Source: Vampirovibrionaceae bacterium NZW_1234 (GTDB lineage Bacteria > Cyanobacteriota > Vampirovibrionia > Vampirovibrionales > JAGQHJ01). From it: a DNA stretch of 64,000 nucleotides. The stretch lies in assembly GCA_041697335.1 (NCBI GenBank), contig JBGUGD010000001.1:32001-96000 (forward strand), written 5' to 3'. Under the pieces are notes generated by a model that worked only from the letters and a program-made list of their open reading frames with translations, was not told the origin of the DNA and made no database searches. The stretch's first letter is position 1. Every line of letters begins with the position of its first letter. Of the stretch, positions 19,553-29,197 are shown in pieces. Position numbers and translations under genes: made by a program.

Positions 19553-21718
19553 TTGATGAATCCGATCACGAAAATTGATGCTCTGTCCCTGCGCTTTGGC
19601 ATGGCCTTGCCCGAAGGGGACCCCGCGTCCCAGTCGGCGGCTTATGCCGGTGCCAACGAGCTAAGGGCCTGGTTGAAAGAGGCCGATAAAAGAATGGATG
19701 ATATGGTGTTTAAGCCTGTCAACCAAGCGCCTCCTGAAACCACCCTGTCTAAAGCCAAGGCGGCGTTGAAACGAGTGCTACTGCCCTTGGCGGGCTTATC
19801 GGCGCTTTTGATTACTTCGGCTGCCAGTAATCGGGCTCATACCCAGAGTATTACCGGCAATCCGTTTTCGGCCTATGGGCACAGTCAGGATGCGCGGCCT
19901 CGGATCTATCCCAATTGGCAGCGTTTGTCAGAAGTGACACAAACGGCCCAGGCCACGGGGAAAACCCAGGATCCCCAAATGATCGGGCAATTCGTCGATC
20001 GTTATCACGGGTTTTTATACCAGGTCATGGGGGTCTTGCGGGATCATCCGGGCATGCTGGATCAGGCCCTTCAGGATAAGTTGGCCAGAACACCGGACTT
20101 TCGCCCCAACTCCAACCTGCGAAGCTATGCCAATGATTTTATTGATTTTATGAAGCGCGAGATCAACCGTCTTGGCGTGGCCTATGATCCGGATCGCCCC
20201 ACCAGCCCAATCCCGGGACCGGATGTGATCAATCAGGTCGACATCAAAGGCAAGTTCCTGGATAATTTGCCGGAGTTAGGTGTGCCCCAGGATCGGCGCC
20301 AGGAGTTTGCCGATGCGCTTCGAGAGGCGTTTAAACGCAGTGTGCGTTCACCCAAGTCCAGTGATTTTATGGATATCTTTGTGGCCTCCGTGGGCACCGG
20401 TGTGGATGGGGTGACCCTGGATGAATTTGCAGGCGCCCATACCCGAGAGGATGCCCAGCGCTTGCTGGATAAAACGTTAAACAACAGCAATAACTTTAAA
20501 AACTGGACGCCTGCCGAGCGGGATGCCTTAAAAAAACGGGTCAACCAGATTTTAGGGGGCGTCAACAGCCAGTCCCATGATGTCCTGCTGATGCTCCTCA
20601 CGTCTCTGGCGGGTTTGGGAGCCGTGGGTGTGGCAGCGCTTTATAACAAGCGTTTTATTGGCGCCGTCCAAGCGCTTGCAGTTGGGGTTCCCAAGGGCCT
20701 TCGTGAATCGGTTCTGGTGATTAACACGGCGGATATGAATAACCCGCAGGTGCGTCAATATTTAGGCAATGCCTTTGGGCTGTTGAAAGATGAAGCCCAA
20801 AGTGCGGCCGATCTGTTTGCTGCCAGCTTTGAAAACAGTTCGGATTTTCAAGAGCAATGGCGAGCCCTGGGGAAATCCCAAAAAGACTTGCCGACGGCCG
20901 ATGATATCCTGCAACAAGTGCTCTATGACGTTAAAGAAGCGTCGAAAAACGATCGGACATTTTTGCAGCGATGGAAAGAAGAACCCCTGTCCGAGCTGGC
21001 CTTTGTCCAGGCGTTGGTGAATGCCTTTGAAGAGGGCAAGGAATCCGGGGCGCTCTTTGTGAAGTTGGGGATGCCTCAAGGGACGGTCACTCCCACTGAG
21101 ACCGATGTTGCCAAGGCGAAGGATCCTGTGGATGCCCTTCGGATTCGCCGTCAAGTTGTGCAACATAAACTGCGTGATGCGCGTAAACTGTTCCTGCAGC
21201 ATACGTTAATGGCACTGCAGGTGGATGCTGAAATTGCCAAACATCAGCAGGCAATCTCGGATATTGCGAGACAGGCCCGCATTGCCAATGTCTTAACGGA
21301 TGAAGCGAAGAAGAAACAGCAACGGTCCCAGCTCGGGGCTCAATTGTTGGAGCGAGAAGCGGCCCTGAAAGCCGCCAACGCCCGGAAGAAAACCACAGAC
21401 GAACTCCTGCTTCGGACAAAGTTGACGATTCGGGATGCTGTTGCGGATTACTCGCGACACCTTGAGCAACTGAACGAATGGATTCAGCGAGGCGAACATG
21501 TGGCTCAGCGTGAGCAACTGTTGGCTTTGAGAGACAAATCGAAGCAAGAGCTGGATGATCCGAGATTGAACGAAATTACCGAGGATATTTTGGATCAGGA
21601 AGCGATGCAGGCAGCCATTGCCCAGCGCGAAGCCAAGGAAAAAGGTCAGTTGGTTGAGATTAAAACCCTTCTGCATCTGCCTGCACAAGGCGCCAGTGAT
21701 GCCGCCGGGGCTTCTTAG
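19553..21718 (+). CDS. Membrane protein with C-terminal PspA/IM30-like coiled coil
   Basis: LRFG leader, two hydrophobic segments, C-terminal KDPVDALRIRRQVVQHKLRDAR...ARQARIA...DDPRLNEITEDILDQEAMQAA. Confidence 0.55.
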   Translation: MMNPITKIDALSLRFGMALPEGDPASQSAAYAGANELRAWLKEADKRMDDMVFKPVNQAPPETTLSKAKAALKRVLLPLAGLSALLITSAASNRAHTQSITGNPFSAYGHSQDARPRIYPNWQRLSEVTQTAQATGKTQDPQMIGQFVDRYHGFLYQVMGVLRDHPGMLDQALQDKLARTPDFRPNSNLRSYANDFIDFMKREINRLGVAYDPDRPTSPIPGPDVINQVDIKGKFLDNLPELGVPQDRRQEFADALREAFKRSVRSPKSSDFMDIFVASVGTGVDGVTLDEFAGAHTREDAQRLLDKTLNNSNNFKNWTPAERDALKKRVNQILGGVNSQSHDVLLMLLTSLAGLGAVGVAALYNKRFIGAVQALAVGVPKGLRESVLVINTADMNNPQVRQYLGNAFGLLKDEAQSAADLFAASFENSSDFQEQWRALGKSQKDLPTADDILQQVLYDVKEASKNDRTFLQRWKEEPLSELAFVQALVNAFEEGKESGALFVKLGMPQGTVTPTETDVAKAKDPVDALRIRRQVVQHKLRDARKLFLQHTLMALQVDAEIAKHQQAISDIARQARIANVLTDEAKKKQQRSQLGAQLLEREAALKAANARKKTTDELLLRTKLTIRDAVADYSRHLEQLNEWIQRGEHVAQREQLLALRDKSKQELDDPRLNEITEDILDQEAMQAAIAQREAKEKGQLVEIKTLLHLPAQGASDAAGAS

Positions 21719-21726
21719 GAGAGGAC

Positions 21727-23454
21727 GTGATGATGTCGATGATTGCTTCTCTCCCCTCGCGTTCACACGGTCTTCGCACGGCTTTACCGCACTATCCTGC
21801 TTCCACGCACCCTCAGGTGCGGGTTCGCTTTGGTTCTGATGCCACTGCTCAGCCCCCGGCAAACGCTGGGACCGCAACCACCAAGCTGCCTCCCTTTACC
21901 CATGAAGGCTATATGTTTATCAGTCTTCTTTCGAACATGGAGCATCCCGCACCGGCCAAAACCGGCGCCCTGATTAATTTAATTAAAATTCTGACGGCTT
22001 CTCCCGATTTGACGGCTTATCTCAATAAGCAAGGCAGTCGGGCCATCGATATTTACCGGGGTGTGGATGAACAGTATTTGCCTTCGCTGAGAGCCAAAAT
22101 GCTGGAAAAGAAGCGTACACCCGGGTACCAGAAGCCTTTTTACGCCAAACTGAACGATGACGAGTTTGAGGAGCTGAAACAGTCCATTCGTCGTTTTGCG
22201 CAACAAAACGGCTTGGAGCGGGTCAATCCGATCACAATTTGGCATTGGTTGCTCAAAGAAGACAAAGACAATTTTGTCCGAAACGTTTTGGTGGAGTCCG
22301 GATTGACCACCGAACGCATTGCCGCCATGAAAAATCTGCCGATTCCCAAGCCGGAGCCACCGACGCCACCCGGTGGCGTCATTGTCGCTTCGAACAAGCG
22401 CCCCACCCGTGCCCAGTTGGAAACCATGGAAAAAGGCTTTGAGAAAGTTCCCCGAATCCTGGTAGGCCAAAAAGGGGCTGTTCGCAAGATTATGGAGTTT
22501 ATCCAGGAGCGCCAGATCGGGTACAAGATCGAGGATGAAATCAACGAACACCCCAATAAGCCCGATTGCAATATTCTGATTCTTGGCCCCTCCGGTGTGG
22601 GGAAAACCTTGCTGGGAAAGACCTTGGCTCACGTCTTGGAGCGGCCTCTGGTCAGCCGAAAGATGAACGAATACAAAGACTCTCAAAGTATTCGCCAACT
22701 CCTCGGTGCCGGGCCCGGTTACGTCGGCTATGGCAAGAAAAGTTTGGCCAGCGACATGATTGATGCCAATGAAAATACCCAGACCAAAGGTACCAATCCG
22801 CCAGTGGTGCTGTTTGATGAAATTGAAAAAATGGATGATGAAGCCTTTGAAGTGCTGATGCAGGCCTATGACGAAGGTGAGCTGCAAAGCGGCACCGGTG
22901 AGACGGCCTCGTTTAAAAATACCATTATCCTGAACACATCGAACCTGGCCCAGGATAAAATCAAGCAGGCCCAGGCCGAAGGCAAGAGCCCTCAGGAAAT
23001 TGAGAAAATCGTGAACGAGGCACTTGAAGGCCGTTATAAGCCTGAACAGTTGGGCCGCTTTGATCTGGTGGTTGTGTTTGAGTCTCTCACCGAAGATGAT
23101 TTCCGGGTTGTCCTGGAGCGTGACCTGGAGAAGCTGAAAGCCCATGTCAAAGACGTGGATCACATTAATCTTGCCATTGATCTGGAAGCCGTTAATCAGC
23201 TTCATAAAGCGGGCTACAGTCGCGATTTCGGGATCCGTCACCTGAAACGGACCATCAAGTCCAAATTGTTGTCGCCCCTGGCACAACAGCGTAAGCAATT
23301 GATTTTGCAGGATAAGTTAACCGATCGCCCGGACAATGGGACTTATTTTGTGAAACCGGGCGATAACGGCCAGTTAGCCATTACCTATCAACCCCCGGCG
23401 GAGCCAGTCGCTCAAGCTGCTGAGCCACCGCCAACCGCTTCAAGTCCCTCTTAA
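21727..23454 (+). CDS. Clp/Hsp100-type AAA+ ATPase with a single (D2-type) ATPase module
   Basis: Walker A GPSGVGKT, pore loop GPGYVGYG, Walker B VVLFDEIEK, FKNTIILNTSN, KPEQLGRFD, FGIRHLKRTI; Clp-N-like helical segment upstream. Confidence 0.9.
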   Translation: MMMSMIASLPSRSHGLRTALPHYPASTHPQVRVRFGSDATAQPPANAGTATTKLPPFTHEGYMFISLLSNMEHPAPAKTGALINLIKILTASPDLTAYLNKQGSRAIDIYRGVDEQYLPSLRAKMLEKKRTPGYQKPFYAKLNDDEFEELKQSIRRFAQQNGLERVNPITIWHWLLKEDKDNFVRNVLVESGLTTERIAAMKNLPIPKPEPPTPPGGVIVASNKRPTRAQLETMEKGFEKVPRILVGQKGAVRKIMEFIQERQIGYKIEDEINEHPNKPDCNILILGPSGVGKTLLGKTLAHVLERPLVSRKMNEYKDSQSIRQLLGAGPGYVGYGKKSLASDMIDANENTQTKGTNPPVVLFDEIEKMDDEAFEVLMQAYDEGELQSGTGETASFKNTIILNTSNLAQDKIKQAQAEGKSPQEIEKIVNEALEGRYKPEQLGRFDLVVVFESLTEDDFRVVLERDLEKLKAHVKDVDHINLAIDLEAVNQLHKAGYSRDFGIRHLKRTIKSKLLSPLAQQRKQLILQDKLTDRPDNGTYFVKPGDNGQLAITYQPPAEPVAQAAEPPPTASSPS

Positions 23455-23505
23455 TAATTATCTTGATTTGCGTATTGCTTCATCAGAAGAAAGGAGATCT
23501 GCGTT

Positions 23506-24432
23506 ATGCAAACGATTCATCTATCCCCCACGCAAGCCCAGGTGATGCGCCCAGGTCATCGCCCGGCTGCTGTGGCTCCCTCGATGGCCATGTTGACCTC
23601 GACCCGCCTTCAGGGGCAAACAGCAAACTCCGTCCGGTTTGGCGGGTTTGGTGTTAAAGCTATTGGTGAAACCATTGCGGCTAAGCTGGAATGGTGGGCA
23701 TGTAAGCTGCTCTTTATGTCCGATGAACAAATCATTCAGCGTCGGATTCGCAAGCATTCTGAGCGCAAAGAAATTGCCAATCAAGCCTTGGATCTTCAGG
23801 TGGCTGAAGAAATTAAAGCCAACAGCCGCTTGACGGCCCTACAGGCTGAGCGTCAAAACTTGTTTAATCAAGCATCAAGAAAGCGCGAATTGGCTAAGAA
23901 AGCTGCCGGAGATGCGCAAGCGGGCTTAAATGCGGAAGCAGCGGAATTGGCAAAACAGTTGAAAGCGAAAGATGCTGAAATCGAAGCCCAACAATCCGTG
24001 GTGAATGATGCAACTGTGATGGCAAATCGGGCTCGCCTCAGACATTCTGATCTGCAAGCGAAACTCGATAAATATCAACAGCAATTGAAAGCGCTGCAAA
24101 GCCGTACCAAAGTGGTGAAGCAAAAAGAAAAATTGCAAAAAGTCGAGGATGAAGCAGATCGCTTGGCTGGTAAGGCGGATGCTGCTGGAGATCCCATTAT
24201 GGATGCTATTCAAGGCAACATTGAAGACAGAGAAGCAATGTTGCAAGCACGTGATCAACGTAAAACGGGGGATCCAACCCAAATGCAACAACGTGTTGCG
24301 GCTCAGGAATTTGAGCGCCAGCAAGCGGAACAAGATGCATTAGCTGCCTTGGATGCTGAAATTGCCGCTAAAACCGGCGGGAATAAAGAAGACAAAAAGC
24401 CCGCCGATCGCTCTGACGAAGTCGAGAAATAA
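23506..24432 (+). CDS. PspA/IM30 (Vipp1, ESCRT-III superfamily)-like coiled-coil protein
   Basis: After the VRFG leader: amphipathic N-helix, SDEQIIQRRIR, long helical hairpin, DLQAKLDKYQQQLKALQSR, GDPIMDAIQGNIEDREAMLQAR, final ALAALDAEI helix. Confidence 0.65.
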   Translation: MQTIHLSPTQAQVMRPGHRPAAVAPSMAMLTSTRLQGQTANSVRFGGFGVKAIGETIAAKLEWWACKLLFMSDEQIIQRRIRKHSERKEIANQALDLQVAEEIKANSRLTALQAERQNLFNQASRKRELAKKAAGDAQAGLNAEAAELAKQLKAKDAEIEAQQSVVNDATVMANRARLRHSDLQAKLDKYQQQLKALQSRTKVVKQKEKLQKVEDEADRLAGKADAAGDPIMDAIQGNIEDREAMLQARDQRKTGDPTQMQQRVAAQEFERQQAEQDALAALDAEIAAKTGGNKEDKKPADRSDEVEK

Positions 24433-24460
24433 ATGATTTGATTTCAGTCTCATCGTCTTT

Positions 24461-24497
24461 AAAAGCACCCTCTGGATCATCCAGAGGGTGCTTTATT
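24461..24497 (+). terminator. Intrinsic (possibly bidirectional) terminator closing the 16.5-24.4 kb operon
   Basis: AAAGCACCCTCTGGAT-C-ATCCAGAGGGTGCTTT perfect inverted repeat. Confidence 0.85.
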
Positions 24498-24660
24498 TGG
24501 GTTCATCTGCAAGAAGTCGTCTGGAGTTGAGAAACCCAAGACACGCAATCAACTCATTAAGATGATGGATGTGGTGGTTCGAGGGAATTTTCTACAATAC
24601 CCAGTGAGATACTCTATCGCTTTTTGCAAGAACGAGTCAGAAAAGGGGTCAAGCAACGTG

Positions 24661-25923
24661 ATGGTCTTTGTTAATTTCTCGAAACGGATCCGCCGTGGTG
24701 TTGCCATGGTGACTTTGTTACTGACCTTGTTGCCCATGTTCACTGCAGGGCTTTATGCTGAGATGCCCTCAGATGGTCGGTTTCAGGCCATTGTAAACCG
24801 ACCTCTTACGAATGATAAGTTTGACGACGATTACATTCAATTTGTTGCCAATAAGTGGTTGCAAATCAAAGAACAAAAAGCCAGTATGCCTGCTGTTCTC
24901 AAGGGCAGTATCTCGAAAGGCGAAAGTGATTATATTTTGGGTGCCGGGGATACTTTGACTGTTGTTATTCCCTATTTATACAATTCCACGAATCGCAATT
25001 TAACCTTAAGACAACAGCAAACCCGAATTTTTGAAGATCCGCCGGAATCCATTGATGCGGTGATTCGGGCAAACGGAAAGGCCACGATTCCACCATTTGG
25101 GACTTTTACTGTCTCAGGGATGACGGTGACGGAATTCAATCAAATGCTGACCGAAATGGCAAAACTGTATCTGATTGAGCCCAGGGTTTATGTCAGTATT
25201 AAGAGCATGCGTCCCTACACCGTTTATATTACAGGAGAAGTGCAGCGGCCGGGTGGCTACCAAACCCTTAATGCCCCAGAAGCTGCGTATTTGTCCTTTG
25301 CCGATAATGCTTCAACAGACGCGAAAACCCAGCATTTTTATGAACCTCGCATTTCGTCTATGATCGTAAAAGCGGGCGGGATTCTTCCTTACGCCGATGT
25401 ACAAAATGTGAGTGTTACAAACACGCGCACCGGGAAAAATATCGTCGTCAATCTCGAGGACATTGTGGCCAAGGGCGACACATCTCAAGATTATGTGCTT
25501 CAACCGGATGATGTGATTCATGTTCCTCCCAGTAAAACTCAGGTCGCTCCTGAACTTTTAGCGTCGGTTATTGGTTCTGAAACGGTTATTGTCCGGGTCT
25601 TTGGCTATATGAATAAAGGGGGAAGTGGAAATACGGATGTGCGCTTGGATCCCAGATCGATGACGGCGTTAAACGCCCTCTCGCATGTTAATACCGACCC
25701 TGAGGCCGATTTGCGCCACTTGTATGTGTTGCGCAAACGCGAAGATGGGAATACCTTTGAAAAGTTTACCTTTAATGGTCTGGAACGGGATTTTCCGCTG
25801 CAACCCAATGATGTAGTGGTAGTTCCTCATCGCCGTCGCATCCATGAGATTCAGCAATTGCTCACGGCGGCATCAACATTACTGTTTGCTGGATTCTCTG
25901 GGGTTAATATTTTTAGACAGTGA
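24661..25923 (+). CDS. Polysaccharide export protein (Wza/SLBB domains)
   Basis: DYILGAGDTL, IRANGKATIPPFG, VYITGEVQRPGGY, DYVLQPDDVIHVP; start codon uncertain. Confidence 0.85.
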   Translation: MVFVNFSKRIRRGVAMVTLLLTLLPMFTAGLYAEMPSDGRFQAIVNRPLTNDKFDDDYIQFVANKWLQIKEQKASMPAVLKGSISKGESDYILGAGDTLTVVIPYLYNSTNRNLTLRQQQTRIFEDPPESIDAVIRANGKATIPPFGTFTVSGMTVTEFNQMLTEMAKLYLIEPRVYVSIKSMRPYTVYITGEVQRPGGYQTLNAPEAAYLSFADNASTDAKTQHFYEPRISSMIVKAGGILPYADVQNVSVTNTRTGKNIVVNLEDIVAKGDTSQDYVLQPDDVIHVPPSKTQVAPELLASVIGSETVIVRVFGYMNKGGSGNTDVRLDPRSMTALNALSHVNTDPEADLRHLYVLRKREDGNTFEKFTFNGLERDFPLQPNDVVVVPHRRRIHEIQQLLTAASTLLFAGFSGVNIFRQ

Positions 25924-26035
25924 TAAAGCTTCAGAGAAATTGGACCGCTCTTAGACGTTCTTTTTTATTGTAATTGCCAGGAACAATGGTCAGTTGGGCA
26001 ACTGAATCCCTACTCTTTTTGGACATGTTCATCTT

Positions 26036-26422
26036 TTAGGTGACAGGCGCTTCTGCGAGTGCAATAGAATACTCTGTTGCCCAATCGGTGAGTGCATGTG
26101 TCATTTCGGGAGTCCAAGGCGGTTGAGTTGATTCGTTGCGTTCTTCAAATAAAGCAATGCCTCTGGCTTCATCCTCATGCCAGCGGGGATAGAGATGAAT
26201 ATGAAGATGGGGCAGTACCTCTGAAAGTGTGATCCAGTAGACTCGTTTGGCCCCGAGGCTTTCTAAACGCGTGGCCCAGGCCTTGGCTGCAACAAACATC
26301 TCGATAGGAAGATCTTTATAAGATGTGCTCAATGTTGTGGGTGCAAGTTGCAGGTAACCCCCGCGGATTCCGGGGAGGGCTGCTAGAGAGTATTCCGAAT
26401 CAAGTAGGAACGGATTGTTCAT
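26036..26422 (-). CDS. HIT-family protein
   Basis: SEVLPHLHIHLYPR histidine triad. Confidence 0.8.
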   Translation of the reverse strand: MNNPFLLDSEYSLAALPGIRGGYLQLAPTTLSTSYKDLPIEMFVAAKAWATRLESLGAKRVYWITLSEVLPHLHIHLYPRWHEDEARGIALFEERNESTQPPWTPEMTHALTDWATEYSIALAEAPVT

Positions 26423-26460
26423 GTGAGGCTACTCTAATTGAATTCACCACTAAAAAACTT

Positions 26461-27702
26461 CTAACACGGCTTAGCGTATGAAGGCTGAACGTTTATTCGC
26501 ACAGAGGCTATTGCGGATTCAACGTGAGAGATGACGCTTTTTCTATCTTCGGCGCTGACCATGACGTAGCCGAAGCGGTCGGGGTGGGATTGGATGGGGG
26601 GCTGAAAATCGCCCGGGCTTCGAAAAAAGCCATAGGTCATTAGCCCTGGAATTTTTTTCAGGTCCTCTTCTCCGTGAATCTGGGTCACGACTCCGGAGGG
26701 TGGGAACCAATAGCGAATGGCCACTGCGCGATGATGCGTAGGCGTTAAATCATCGGGTCGGATGGGTTCACCCAAGGCATGGGAAATAACGGCCTGGACC
26801 AAGTCGACGCCACTGGCCTCAGGAATCTGGTGGGTGGCAAACCAGCCGCCGGATAAGCGGGCCGCCAGCTCAATAATCATGGGTGTGCCGTCTTCGTGGA
26901 TGACCAAATCCCCTTTGACAATCCCTTGGGTGATACCCATGGCTTTAGCACCCTCAAGAATCAAATCATCAATTGCGCGGCGCTGGGATTCACTGACGGG
27001 GGCAGGCATCGTACCCCCATCTTCGATGATATAAGGCGAGAACTCCGCCATTCGCGAGTAATTACGCTCCGAGAGAGTTGGGGTGTAGATTTTGCCGCCG
27101 AGTAAAAAAGATTCGCTGGAAATTTGCATGCCACCAATGAACTGTTCAATCATGACTCGGCCACAATCTCCCCAGCGGACCGACTCTGCATAGGCCCAGG
27201 ACAAATCAGTGGTGGTGTCTATTTGTAAAACGCCTCTTGCCCCTCTACCGTCAATGGGTTTGATGACATACCGTGTGTTTGGGTTCGCCAAAACAATTTG
27301 GCGAAGCTCTGCTTCGGACCCAAGCTCTTGAAACCATGGGCAAGGCACGTTATGGGCTGCAAAACGTTGCTTCATCAACAATTTGTTGCTCGCCACGTGT
27401 GCCGACTCCAGGCTGATGCCGGGAAGGCCTAAGGCGTTTGCCACCGTTGCAACGGTATAGGGGACGTCGTTTGCAATGGTCATCACGCCATCAATGGGAT
27501 GAGATGCATGAAATTGCTGAACAGCTGCCAGCGTCTCCTCTGGATCTCGGGTAGAGGCCAGCAAGGTTGCGTCGGCCAACCGGAGCCCTGGGGCATGGGC
27601 ATGTTTATCTGTCCCCACAACAAAAAGGCCTCTTGCGCGGGCTCGTTCATAGGCAGGTACTTGTTCGACTCCCCCACCAATAATGAGCAGGGTCTTTGGC
27701 AT
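26461..27702 (-). CDS. ATP-grasp domain protein
   Basis: LLIIGGG, NKLLMKQRF, VIKPIDGRGARGV, IEQFIGG, IIELAARLSG. Confidence 0.88.
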   Translation of the reverse strand: MPKTLLIIGGGVEQVPAYERARARGLFVVGTDKHAHAPGLRLADATLLASTRDPEETLAAVQQFHASHPIDGVMTIANDVPYTVATVANALGLPGISLESAHVASNKLLMKQRFAAHNVPCPWFQELGSEAELRQIVLANPNTRYVIKPIDGRGARGVLQIDTTTDLSWAYAESVRWGDCGRVMIEQFIGGMQISSESFLLGGKIYTPTLSERNYSRMAEFSPYIIEDGGTMPAPVSESQRRAIDDLILEGAKAMGITQGIVKGDLVIHEDGTPMIIELAARLSGGWFATHQIPEASGVDLVQAVISHALGEPIRPDDLTPTHHRAVAIRYWFPPSGVVTQIHGEEDLKKIPGLMTYGFFRSPGDFQPPIQSHPDRFGYVMVSAEDRKSVISHVESAIASVRINVQPSYAKPC

Positions 27703-27789
27703 ATGTGAGATGACCTTATGGGATTGAAGGTTATAGTAGCATCATAAAAGAGGTGACTGGAAAGAGGAACCGGCTCTTCAAGACGGGGC

Positions 27790-28356
27790 CTATGCAATTC
27801 TTTTGCTCTGGTTCAGCCCCAGGACCCATCGGGTCAGGACCAGGACAGGCCCGAAAACAAGGACATCACCAAGACAGGCTTTTGCAAAAGACAGAAGGTA
27901 GGGTTGTCCCAGTGCATAATAACTGCCGACACTTCGCATAAAGAACAGGGGGGTGTAAAAAAATTGATCCGAAAAAGGCCACAGCAATTGTGTTCCGTAG
28001 GGTGGCTTAAAGTCCAGGCAGCTCATATCCAGAATGGGATGACTCATGACGGCTAAGGGAAGAAGCCAAATCAGGTGCTTGGGACGAGGCAAATGTTTCC
28101 GGGAGTGCCAGATTAAAATTCCTGTGGCAATGACCACGCCAATCACAAAATCCGTTGGCAACGCATGGCTGAAGGTTCGATGTGTTGACTTGGGTAGTAA
28201 TTCCAAATGGATTGGGACGATATCCAGATCGGGCAAGCCGGTGGCGATGACAAAGATGCCTGCCCAGAGCCAGGAAAATCGTGGCTGATGGTTCAGTTTC
28301 TGAAAGACGCTATAAAGGGTTAATCCCACAAGCATGTGGGCGATGGGTGCCGACAC
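27790..28356 (-). CDS. Membrane-bound metal-dependent hydrolase (YdjM-like)
   Basis: PIAH, LPDLD, HRTFSH, SHPILD, LLWPFS. Confidence 0.85.
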   Translation of the reverse strand: MSAPIAHMLVGLTLYSVFQKLNHQPRFSWLWAGIFVIATGLPDLDIVPIHLELLPKSTHRTFSHALPTDFVIGVVIATGILIWHSRKHLPRPKHLIWLLPLAVMSHPILDMSCLDFKPPYGTQLLWPFSDQFFYTPLFFMRSVGSYYALGQPYLLSFAKACLGDVLVFGPVLVLTRWVLGLNQSKRIA

Positions 28357-28446
28357 GAAGCATTCCTGCGCTGTAGATTACACTAAGGCTTTATTATAGT
28401 CAGTTTCGCTTGTTATGGGAAACGCCGGGCAGGCAGGTTTTTTATC

Positions 28447-29190
28447 TTATGCCTTTTGGAAGGCTTCAAGCGCTTGTAAAAAAGCCAAATCTTTTTCGGA
28501 TAAAGTGGCTTCTGCCAGAAGCTCCGGGCGATATCGATACGTGAGCTCCAGTGATTTCTCACGACGCCAGCGGGCAATTTCGGCATGGTTGCCTGAGAGT
28601 AAAACGGATGGGACTTCCAATCCTTCGAATATCGGAGGGCGTGTAAAATGAGGGTATTCCAGAAGTCCTTCCGTAAACGATTCCTCTTCGGCAGAGGCAT
28701 CTTTTCCCAAAGCCCCGGGAAGAAGCCTTGTTGTGGCGTCAATAATGCTCATGGCTGCTAACTCGCCGCCCGTGAGAACAAAATCACCGAGAGAAACCAG
28801 TTCGATTTCTGGAATCAGTTGCATGATGCGGGCATCAATACCTTCATAGTGACCGCAAAGGATGACGATCTGTTCGGCCTGTGCCAGTTCCTTGGCCATA
28901 GCCTGGTTCAGGGGTTTGCCCTGCGGGGCGGTCATCAGGATGCGATGGTTGGGTGCCATCGGACTTAAACTTCGGTAGGCATCCATAATGGGTTTACACA
29001 TCATCACCATTCCAACGCCACCGCCATAGGGCGCATCATCCACTTTATGATGAACGTCGGTTGTAAAGTCACGAGGGTTGATGGTTTGAACCTGGATAAT
29101 CTGGTTTTTCTGGGCTCTTCCGATAATGCTGGCGGCACAGTAGTGCTGTATTTCATTGGGGAAGAGGGTAATGACAGAAAAGGTCAGCAT
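28447..29190 (-). CDS. trmD: tRNA (guanine-37-N1)-methyltransferase
   Basis: VITLFP, VDDAPYGGGVGM, LCGHYEGIDAR, SLGDFVLTGGE, LLSGNHAEI. Confidence 0.97.
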   Translation of the reverse strand: MLTFSVITLFPNEIQHYCAASIIGRAQKNQIIQVQTINPRDFTTDVHHKVDDAPYGGGVGMVMMCKPIMDAYRSLSPMAPNHRILMTAPQGKPLNQAMAKELAQAEQIVILCGHYEGIDARIMQLIPEIELVSLGDFVLTGGELAAMSIIDATTRLLPGALGKDASAEEESFTEGLLEYPHFTRPPIFEGLEVPSVLLSGNHAEIARWRREKSLELTYRYRPELLAEATLSEKDLAFLQALEAFQKA

Positions 29191-29197
29191 AGGTGGT

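Noticed and set aside
24661..28356. Wza, HIT, ATP-grasp and hydrolase as one biosynthetic cluster
   Set aside because: Mixed orientation and no glycosyltransferase, flippase or precursor peptide; nothing links them beyond adjacency
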